A stretch of 64,000 bases of DNA from Chrysomallon squamiferum (lineage: Eukaryota; Animalia; Mollusca). Of the stretch, positions 54,301 through 64,000 are shown in pieces (position 1 is the stretch's first letter; each line of letters starts with the position of its first letter). The notes under the pieces were generated by a model that searched no databases, was not told the origin of the DNA, and saw nothing but the letters and a program-made list of their open reading frames with translations. The DNA is taken from positions 14,508,001-14,572,000 of the forward strand of contig CM022665.1 of the NCBI GenBank assembly GCA_012295275.1, in the 5' to 3' direction. The translations under genes and the position numbers were made by a program.

Positions 54301-57300
54301 AGCGAAACAAGAACACTGGGAACTTTTTTGCAACAACATCGACCACAAAACATCAGTCAAAGACATGTGGGCCAAAGTAAAAAACATTCAAGGAAAAAAA
54401 ACCCACAGAATTAACACTCTCGGCAAAAGCAACATCGCATTCACTGACAAGCAAAAAGCGGACCTACTCAGCCAAACCTTCGCCAAGTCCAGCAGCAATT
54501 CGAACTTCCCACTGAAGTTCGCAAAGAAACAACTGGACAACCAAGCAATCGACGAACACTCCGCAGACACAGAAAACAGAAAATACAATCAACTATTCAA
54601 CATCCGTGAATTAAAACATGCACTCAAAAACAAGAAAAGTACAGCCACGGGGCCAGATAAAATAAGGTACACAATATTACAACATCTACCAGACGAAACC
54701 CTACTGGTTATACTAGAACTTTACAACGCAATATGGACCGCCGGCAAGATTCCAGCAAACTGAAAACACACCGAATGTTTCAGCTTGCCCAAACCACACA
54801 AAGATCACTCATTACCCAACAGCTACAGGCCGATCACGCTGACGTCACATATGTGTAAAACTTTCGAAACAATGATCAACACACGCCTGAACCAGCATTT
54901 AAACGACAACAATTTAATCAGCAAATTTCAAAGCGGCTTCAGGAAGAAACACAGCACTAACGACCAGATCACACGCCTGCATACATCAATTAATCAATCT
55001 TTTCGAAAATCAAAAAAAGTCATAGCAGTTTTTTTAGACATTGAAAAAGCATTCGACATGGTATGGAGGGAAGGACTATTAGTTAAATTAATAAATAACA
55101 ACATTAAAGGCAACATGTTCAACTTTATCAAAGACTTTATCAACAACAGATCCATAGCAGTCAAAATAAACGGTCACACCTCAGAGAAAACGACAATCGA
55201 AAACGGCATCCCCCAAGGATCCGTGATCTCGCCCACACTCTTCAACATCTACATCAACGACATCGTCACAGCACTCGACCAACAAGACAACGACAGAAAT
55301 CCGCCAAAGGAGCCGATAAATACAGCACTCTTTGCAGATGACTGCGCCTTTTGGCGGGCAGGAAGATCGACCGCAGGAATACAGAAACAAATACAAAAAG
55401 ACTTAAACATAAACGATTGGGTGTTGAAATGGGGCATAAAGATTTCTCTTTTGAAAACGACGTGCCTCCTTTTCAACAAGAAATCAGACAACAGCAAGAT
55501 CACTCTCAACATCGACAACAACTTCATAACACAAACAAAGACATTCAAATTTCTAGGTGTGACATTCGACAGTCAACTCAACTTCCAATGCCACATACAC
55601 AACATAATTGCCTCCTGCAAAAAAACAATCAATCTTCTAAAGTTAATTTCCGGAACCAGTTGGGGAGCAAACGAGTCAACGCTGATATTGATACACAAAG
55701 CATGTATTCTCTCCAAGCTCGACTACGGAGCCACGGCTTACTCGAATGCTCCCAAACTTTATTTTAAAAAACTAGATATAATCCAATCAAGTGCCCTCAG
55801 GGTGATCGGCCACCTGCCAAACAAAACACCATCCGACAACCTCCTGTCGGAATACAGCATCCAACCATTAAAATACAGAAGAAAACTGCAGCTACTAAAA
55901 TACAACCTGAAAATACACACACTCAACACAGACCACCCGGTCAAGGATCTGGTCCCCGACGAACAAAGGATAGGACAACTCTTCAAATCGCATAGTCTAC
56001 TACTATCGAATTTCCCGACAACAGCTAGCCAAATCGAAAGGGAAACAGGAATAGGTGAAATGCCACTGCCGGCATACCACAAAGAAAGAAAACCGACAAT
56101 CAACACACCTTTCCTGATCAAAAGAGAAACTGACAAAACAGAGATCCAACCATTCAAAAAAATCATTTTTTTGGCAGCAGCAAACGACCACTACAAACAA
56201 CACACGCACATCTACACTGACGGATCCAAAAACCCAGACAACGGGAGAGTAGGATTCTCCTTCATAGCTCAAGATCACACAAACAAACCCACATGCATAC
56301 AATTCGGCCGTATCAGAAATCACCTTTCGGTATACACGGCCGAGTTGGTAGCCATCATCAGAGCCATGCTGTGGGTAAAACACAACAACAACAAACACAC
56401 AGTCATTTTCTCGGACAGTCTAAGTTCCGTGATCTGAATACAATCCGGAAGTTCAAGCAGACCAGACCTGCTCAGCAAAATACAACAAATACACGAAGAA
56501 ATACAACACGACAAGAAAGAAGTAACCATCGAGTGGCTCCCAGCACACGTCGGCATCATCGGCAACGAACTTGCTGACCATTACGCCAAAGAGTCACTCA
56601 CCATTAAAGACGAAGACATCTGCACAGACATACATTACGGAATAAACGAAATCGTCTCCATCGCTGCCAAACATTACGACAAACAATGGCAGAACGAATG
56701 GAACAACACGAAAAACAAATGGCACTTAAACATCAAACCACTCGCCAAAACACCCAAAATCACACTCGCCAACAAACTACACAACAACAACAATCTCACC
56801 AAAGCCAGAATTGGTTACTCAGCCAACCTAAACGCAATTCTATACAAACATAACATCATCACGTCACCCAACTACAGTTGCGGACTCTCAGAAACCATGA
56901 AACACTACTTGTTTCACTGTCCAAACTTTGCCAAGGAAAGACAAGCACTCCGCAATACATTGGAGGAACTAAAAATCGAGTTCACGCTCCAACACATCCT
57001 GGCACCAAACATGAAAGACAGAGAGTTAGTCCTCGCTGCAGTAACAAATTATATTCTCAAAACAAAACACAAACTATAAACCATTTTTTTTTTTTTTTTT
57101 TTTTTTTTCACACGAAAACAAACAACAATTATATAAATGTATTGACCTGCGGATTGATTGGTTGAACAGCTGATGGATCTACGGATGGATCGGCTGATTG
57201 ACGAATCAATTTGAATGGCCAATTAAATTAATAATTAAAAAAATGATAAACATACTATACGAACCCACTTTCAGACACTACTAACCCGGTTATGGTGTCT

Positions 57301-60300
57301 TATTTCAATTTAATTTTTTTTTTTTTTTTTTTTTCATATTCTTAGTCCTAGCAGGATTTATAAACATCTGTTAAATTAAAATAAAATGTAAATAAGTTAA
57401 CTACATTTATGTTCTTATTTGTTTTAGTTGCAGGTTTTTTTTATAATATCTTTTAAAACAATAAAAAGACCATTGGCAAAAAAAAAAGAAAGAAAAACAG
57501 GTTTGGACCACGTGGACCATAAGGAAGCAGCCAAAAAGGAACAACAACAGCAGCCAAAAAAGAAACAACAACAGCAGCCAAAAAGAAACAACAACAGCAG
57601 CCAAAAAGAAACAACATCAGCAGCCAAAAAGAAACAACGACAGCAGCCAAGAGCAGAACAACCAGGACGGCAAACAACACAGACCCGGTGATGGCCGAGA
57701 GATTGTGCCGGATATCACGGGGGGCGGATTGCGGCTGCGATACATCCGTACCGACTCGTTACGATCCGATATGCTGGACACTTCCTTGTGTCCTGCAATC
57801 GTGGCGAGAATCCATTCTTTTCCCTACCCAAAACTCTTTTCTGCGACGGACGCGCCCGCTGACCTGTCAGAAAGCGTGCCCGTCGCAGACGTGCTTCACA
57901 ACAGCTTGCTCTGATTAGCACGTTAATTTTTTTCCAATTCCAATTCCAACTATGGAAGTGTGTAAAATAATAAGTTTATTTTTATTTTCTATAACTATAT
58001 ATTTCAAAACAAAAAATAAAAACAAGTAAACTACAATACTGATCTACATAACAAACTTACCTCACAAAGCACACTGGAAAAAATATTGTTTCCAACATGA
58101 ACAATGATAATTCTTGCTTTTGCTTTCTGTTAACAGTAAGGAAATCAAGTATTATAAAACATATTCAAATGTTTCGATAGCAATAAAAATAATAAAAAGG
58201 AATTCATGAACTTTATTACAAATAATGCTAAAATATTTAAAATATTTTGAGCGGTTTTTTTTTATTAACATGAATGCATTTTTTTTTTTTTTAAAGTATA
58301 ATGCAACTGACATTAATATTTGTTCTCTTAAAAAAAAAAAAAATATTAATAAATAAATGAAATTAATTAAAATTAATCAAGCAGATCAATCCATCAACGA
58401 AAACACCTTGTTATAAAATAGATCCATTGAGGAATTACAGCTATCACTAGAATTTCTCCTGCTAATAGATATATAATTTATTATTATTATTATTATTATT
58501 ACTACTACTACAACTACTAATGTATCATCAATAATATTATTAGTACAGCTATCACAACTATCACTCTTACTAACTACTGAAGTTACTGTCAATACTTTTA
58601 CTGTTATCACTATTAACTCTACTAAAGTTACTGACAATACTTTTACTCTTATCACTATTTCTAACTACTGAAGTTACTGTCAGTACTTTTACTGTTATCA
58701 CTATTAACTCTACTAAAGTCAATGACAATACTTTTACTCTTTTCACTATTACTAACTACTAAAGTTACTGTCAGTAATTTTACTCTTATCACTATTACTG
58801 CTACTAAAGTTAGTCACTACTTTTACTCTTATCACTATTACCTCTACTAAAGTTACTGTCAATACTTTGACTGTTATCACTATGATTGCTACTAAGGTTA
58901 CAGTCAGGACTTTTACTGTCAATGCTTTATTGTTATTATTATTACTGTTACTAAAGTCACTGTCAGTACTTTTATTGTTACCACTGTTACTACTCTATCA
59001 TTACAACTATTATTGTAACAGACATCACTGTCACTGCCACCACTATATTACTGATATTAATGCTAATACTACAACCACTACTATCATTTGACCACTACAA
59101 CTACTAATGCAACAATATAATTCTAATTAATTAATTAATTTATTATTATTACTTTTCTTGTGGTTTTTTTTGCATTATTTTCATTCTTCACAAATATATT
59201 TAAAATGCACTCATAGGAAAGTTGATAGTTCACTGCAATTAAATACTGTAAACTAATAAATCTTGAATGAATTAATAATGTTTATGCTTACAATTAATGC
59301 ATAAATTGGGGTTTTAATGTTATTGTTAACAATGGCTTCCGAGTTTGTGATTTCTATTCTGTTCGTTTCCAGCAACTGGTATAGGTTAACCATTGCCTAT
59401 TAATTAGAAATTGTTTTAGTTCAAACTGTACCAAGAGACTCACAAGAGACAGAGAGACAGAGAGAAATGCACAGATAATGTGACACACACATACACACAT
59501 ACCCAGAGTTTATAAAGTAAAAAAATAAATATTCTGATTTTGTAAAGATTTAATAATTTACTTTGAATAGATTGGGGAAAAGACATACACTGCATTATGA
59601 AAATGCAAAATGCTTGTGTCTGGTATGTACTGTGTTGTGTGTATGTATGTATCTCTGTGTGTGTGTTTGTGTGTGTGTGTGTGTGGGTGTGTGTGTGTGC
59701 ATGTGGGCATGTGTCTATAGCTTACATATATATAACAGACTGCTTAAATCTCTGTAGGTCTGGATTTGTCAGGTTTACCTTAGAATATGATTTTGTTTCT
59801 TGATAGAGTACTGATAGCCTTTTCCATCCAAACTCTTTTATAATTTTTATAATTATCACCCAGAACGGTTTCTCACATGACATTAGTCTAAACAAACGAC
59901 TGTATTTTGGTTTAGTGGAGAACTCAGGGGGCAGATGATAATTGTGAAATCTAAAAAGGCAAAAAACTATTTTAGATTTAAAATTTATACTCATTTTTCA
60001 TGGCCTTCGATTTCAGGTTGTTTCTGCAAAATGTTTTTGGATCACATAGCTCCCAGACAAAATTCTATAATTGGGCAGTGATTAAAACCAAATTTTTTTG
60101 TGTGTATGTCTCTGTAATATTAGTAAATTATACTTGCAAAATTAAAATTGTCCCCATTTCAGTAATAAAAAGGATCAAAGAATTGTAGGAATAAACTATG
60201 TGAACACACAAGATATTTAATTTTAAAAGTTGAAATAGCACTTTAGTTCTGTTTGTCTTTTCAGTTAAAAATAACATCATTGTTATTATTATTATTATTT

Positions 60301-61477
60301 ATTTTATATTTATTTTTGTATTTTTTTAAATACCTGCACAACATTCCACCTGGAAGACACAACACTAGTGATTGCTGTTACCTTGGTGCAAATTGCACCA
60401 AGGGTCATTACTTTTGTTGGTCTCGTGTACAGCTGATAATACAAAACCTCCAGGGCTGTCCCAGCATCACACTGTAAAACAAACACTGATGAAAAAAAAA
60501 CTCTTATATAGATACCAGTATAATTCCACAGGCTCCATTTACATTTGAAAAATGTACTGAACATCTTTTAAGAAGAAAACACTCATTTGACACGTAATTC
60601 AGTTAACATACTCAAATTGCCTTATTTTAAAAATTTATAACTGATTAATGTTTCAAAAACTGATTTTGCTTAAATCTTCACAAACACATACAACAATTTT
60701 AATGCAAATTAGTTATCATTTAAATATCATTGTCTCTTCAATCCATTTCACTCTGTTCATTTGTCTCAAAACAATATTTAGATTTTTGAAGTATGAGTCA
60801 TACTGGCACCAGATTCCATTTATTTTCAGTAAGTAAAATACTGATAGAACTTTAAAATTTTTATTTATTTATTTTTTTTCATATGTTGTTATCCTCTTGC
60901 TAATATTTAATGAAAATATGTTGACAATATGTGTTGCCTTGCAGTGAAAACATCACTTTCGCAGGCATCATAACAGAACATGATTAATAAATAAAATGAT
61001 TCATTTTCAAAGATTCTCAGTATCATTCTAAAACCTTAATATGAACAAATATCAACAAATACAAATCTAAAAATGATAGAATTTCACTTCTCAAAAACAT
61101 CTCTCTTACTCATTTTGTCCATGCATCTCTGTTTTTACTATCTGTCTCCCTTCCAGTGTATTCCACACATACAGATACAGAGAGAAAAGATTATGTTGGA
61201 TACTCTAAACATAAATCATAGTCATACAAGTTAAAATAAACAGAGCTTATACCTTAGTATCATTCCACAGAATATTCAGTCTATAACCAGGAAGCACATC
61301 TTTATTTGTGTTGATGTGTTTCAGTGCAAGGCTGCTGTCATGAATAAAGATTTCATAGTAACGGTACGGTAAAAGTCCAGTTAAATGAATGTCTTTAAGA
61401 CTTGCAGCACCTGATAAAAACAGCAATAGCAGGAATGTCCAATAAACTGTTAATGAATCTTTCGTTTGGAATTCCAT
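45031..61477 (-). CDS. GABA-B-receptor-like class C GPCR, paralog B (~734 aa if the exon-3 frameshift is corrected; otherwise a pseudogene)
   Basis: Exons 61477-61253, 60471-60334, 59950-59779 (172 nt vs 171 in A: +1), 59396-59292, 58126-58061, 52006-51685, 51491-51330, 50046-49951, 49620-49473, 49079-48965, 48537-48421, 48161-48012, 47168-47046, 46095-45907, 45108-45031. Same phases as paralog A and the same lengths for exons 2, 4, 5, 7, 8 and 14. Motifs LPGYRLNILWNDTKCDAG, AYDAVW, WRVY, IGLCIYN, VPK. Confidence 0.85.
46410..46710. repeat. Decayed copies of a dispersed SINE-like gastropod repeat (two partial copies in inverted orientation)
   Basis: AGACAGGATAGCATGTACCATAGTCTTTATTACCCCAG (~46420-46458) faces its near reverse complement CTGGTGTAACAAAGGCTGTGGTAAGTACTATCTTGTCT (~46492-46530). 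Continues to AATAAAATGTGTTGA..TTAAA..AACATTTCCTTCC. Related fragments at ~3020-3050, ~18695-18790, ~32360-32490 and ~49110-49150. Confidence 0.6.
50270..50520. repeat. ~23-bp minisatellite (CTGAAATTCTCTGTATGTGATAGT)
   Basis: About 10 degenerate units. Confidence 0.75.
52983..53198 (+). pseudogene. C-terminal remnant of LINE ORF1
   Basis: Open frame EVRIAEIHKIIVCLLIELQNIRTNKG...RRNPTNTKQ* running from the 5' truncation point to a TGA that overlaps the start of the ORF2 frame. Confidence 0.65.
53195..57079 (+). pseudogene. LINE ORF2 (endonuclease-reverse transcriptase-RNase H-C-terminal Cys/His motif) with two in-frame stops
   Basis: One reading frame throughout. APE motifs VLQWNAKG, ICIQET, GDFNCH, IDVT, SDHHP. 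RT motifs YRPITL, FLDIEKAFD, GIPQGSVISP, LFADD, KFLGV. RNase H motifs YTDGS, AEL, FSDS, WLPAHVGIIGNELAD. C-terminal CGLSETMKHYLFHC. Premature TGA at 54761-54763 (expected Trp) and 56435-56437. Confidence 0.93.
57525..57655 (+). repeat. ~23-bp tandem repeat in the LINE 3' UTR
   Basis: CAGCAGCCAAAAAGAAACAACAA x ~6. Confidence 0.85.
58555..58990. repeat. ~42-bp minisatellite (ACTAAAGTTACTGTCAATACTTTTACTGTTATCACTATTA..)
   Basis: About 9-10 units. Confidence 0.85.
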
Positions 61478-61821
61478 CTACAAACATATAAAACAAGGAC
61501 AGATTAAAGTTCAAAATAAACAAACTGTAATTAAAAGATATTCCAAACATGCTCTCTGCTTTGTGTAATGATTTTAACATGTGATGTGAGGGTTTATAAT
61601 TCTGGATGAAAATCAATTTTACAGAAAATTATTTAAAAGATACAAATGACACAAATTAAGCTTGAATTGTAAAAGTCTGAAACACATTTGCATATACAGT
61701 TGTGACACAAAACATAAAAATTATTAGGAATAACAATAAACATGTGGTTGAAATATTTGAATTTTTGTGTCCAACGCAAGTTCTAGAATTATACTAAACC
61801 AATACGTCAGTAAAGGCTTAC

Positions 61822-62021
61822 GCAAAATATCTTGAAGTAAAAAAAAAAAAAAACCCAACATGGAATTCAAAGATTATGAACTAGTTAATGAAATGAAGAT
61901 AAAGAAAAGGTAACTGGGGAGAACTTTAGCAATATGCTTATGACGTCGTATGTAAATGAAGCCTGTGTTTCGTCATTTCCGTTGATTGTTTTCCACGGAG
62001 TCAAACGCGAAATACAACCAG
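61822..62021. promoter_or_regulatory. Putative (bidirectional) promoter region of GPCR B
   Basis: - strand donor GTAAGC at 61821-61816, CRE-like TGACGTC at 61941-61947, + strand donor CAG|GTATGG at 62021/62022. CpG-retaining zone. Confidence 0.35.
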
Positions 62022-62066
62022 GTATGGTCACTTTTATTTATTTATTCATCACCATCATCGTCATCG

Positions 62067-62110
<44 letters not shown>

Positions 62111-64000
62111 TTATTTTATTTTATTTTATTTTATTTTATTTTTTGTACGCAATCACTCTCCTAAAATATAGAAATAATTAGAATTTACACCAGGAATTCG
62201 AATGTAAAGCAAACATCTTTTAAAAAACGTAATTAAATTAATTTATTTATTTTAAAAAATGTATTTATTTATTTATTTATTGTGAGTAACATGATGAGTC
62301 TGTAACGATATAGTGATTCAATTTAATATTTTATTATTAATAATATACACGTATCCTTTTTATTTACTACTGCTGGTGCTGTGCCGCTACTAATGCTAGA
62401 ACTCTATAACTGCTACTACTGTTACCACTACTTCAACTGCTACAATCTTATTTCTACTATTACTATTATTACTAAAGATAATAATTTTTATAAAGTAAAA
62501 TGTTTAGTTTTGGAGGTGGTGGAAGGTTTTGGTTGTTGGGAATTTGTTACATATCATAAAGGGCTCGCATAATCCCAAAACGTATCAAACATAAACAAAG
62601 GTTTTAAGCCTTCTTTAGATATTCTCAGAATCTACTGAATGTCTTTATTTTTTTTATTTATCTATTATTTAGGATAGGATAGGAAAAAAATTAACGTGCT
62701 AATCAGAGCAAGCTGTTGTGAAGCACGTCCTCTATTATTTTTATTACAGTTTTATTTATAGTCCACCCCTTCACCGTTATTTTCTAAATGAGGGAGAATA
62801 CTTTGGGGCCGCCCCATAAACAAAATAACAACAAAACAAAACAACCCCCCCCCAAACGACTTAAATTTTAGATAAAATGTTGTTTGATATATATATATAT
62901 ATATGTATGTATCTGTGGAGTGGCACGCTATTCGTCCAAATAAGGAAAATGCAAGGGTGTGTGCATTCAACTCCGTAATCCTAAAAAAAGACGTGGTTTT
63001 GAAGATCAAAGTATATAGCATGTTTACATTATGATATATGTGATTAAATTACAGTGTTTGGCAATTAGTTTCTTTTAATATTCTATTTTTAATGATTTTT
63101 TTTTTTTTTTCTGCCGACGATGTGAAGTAAAATTCGCCGGAAACGAGGACATAAACAATGGGTCAACTTAATTGGCGTGTAGCACAAAACCAAGCGAAAA
63201 TAATAATCAAAATAAAATGTTTGCTTCTAGTATAATAAAGAAAGAGCCAGAAATTAATTGTGTAATTATTTTTGATGCAATCACGTTTATACAGTGAAGT
63301 AGTTAAAAATCATTGTTGTTCGCTACCACTGTTGTCCAACACGAGCACGAACTTTGTACCTCATTATCGTTTCTTTGTTTCTTTACATCTACACGGCTTT
63401 TATTTCCACGATTTACATTCAAACATATTTTAAATAAAATGGCAAAACCTAATAAGATTGACAAGCTACATTTCTAGCAGATGTATACAAAGTTTCATTT
63501 TTAAATTTTGCGTCCAATTGAAACTTGTCTGTTGGATATATATACACTGGAGACTTCCATAGGAAGTGACGAAATGACCTTTTACCTTTTCCAACAAAGG
63601 ATAGAGGCTATAATTGTGACCTGGATGATATTTATGGTCCAACATCCGCACGAAACGCAACGTGATTTGAACTTCCACTAATTGCTATTTTTATGATCTG
63701 TGTGCAACTAGATTCGATAATTGACAAAATCAGGTAAGCAAAATACACTCTTTTTTATTTCTGATATGTTTTTAGTTAAAGTTATAAGATGATACATCAC
63801 AATTTAGCATTTTTTGCTAATTTTTGGGTGACAAAACAAAATAGGCTTCCAGATTTGCATTATCATCAAAAATCGAACTGTTTGCATATGTAACTTCTGC
63901 AAATGTAATCCTTGACCTTTCAAGAAACGTTTGATTTTGTTCTGTTTTTACAAAGCAATTATCCTCATTGTCTGTATCTATGTCAGATTCTTCATCATTC

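Larger units (their letters stand above)
52969..57948 (+). mobile_element. 5'-truncated non-LTR retrotransposon (LINE, I-group/Nimb-like: APE endonuclease + RT + RNase H), antisense in intron 5 of GPCR B
   Basis: 11-bp target-site duplication ACTATGGAAGT at 52958-52968 and 57949-57959. 3' tail (TTCCAA)x3. End of ORF1 (stop 53196-53198), ORF2 53195-57079, ~870-nt 3' UTR. Confidence 0.93.

Noticed and set aside
54761-56437. Programmed readthrough or selenocysteine at the two TGA codons of ORF2, with a SECIS in the structured 3' UTR
   Set aside because: The first TGA replaces a conserved Trp (TGG to TGA), no SECIS core was recognised, and point mutation in a dead copy is simpler.
53324-56577. 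Overlapping alternative-frame and antisense ORFs within the LINE
   Set aside because: By-product of the strong A/C strand bias (few T, hence few stops).
58555-58990. CRISPR-like array (also 30790-31135, 50270-50520, 57525-57655)
   Set aside because: Contiguous degenerate units without unique spacers, eukaryotic intronic context, no cas genes.
27400-61477. Assigning gene symbols GABBR1/GABBR2
   Set aside because: Missing coiled coil and ligand residues plus high divergence; orthology cannot be established without a phylogeny.

Overview
AT-rich, microsatellite-dense animal genomic DNA with spliceosomal introns. It is probably from a gastropod mollusc, inferred from a recalled repeat family and not verified. 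I reconstructed three multi-exon genes by hand, with GT-AG boundaries and consistent intron phases. (1) A 15-exon + strand gene (276-23623, ~1105 aa) encoding an N-terminal DIXDC1/NAV-type calponin-homology (CH) domain, a long disordered middle, a coiled-coil-like segment and a C-terminal SAM domain. (2,3) Two tandem - strand paralogous class C GPCRs of the GABA-B-receptor type (A ~27400-39982, B 45031-61477). Each has 15 coding exons in identical phases, and both lack the C-terminal coiled coil and several canonical GABA-binding and ionic-lock residues. Paralog B has a +1 homopolymer frameshift in exon 3. Its intron 5 carries a young 5-kb, 5'-truncated RNase-H-containing (I-group) LINE with an 11-bp TSD, a (TTCCAA)n tail and a highly structured 3' UTR. 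Also present: a tRNA-derived SINE, several MITEs and minisatellites, decayed tandem duplications anchored on splice junctions, and a block-wise CpG-rich/CpG-poor mosaic. Most short ORFs in the supplied track are microsatellite artefacts.
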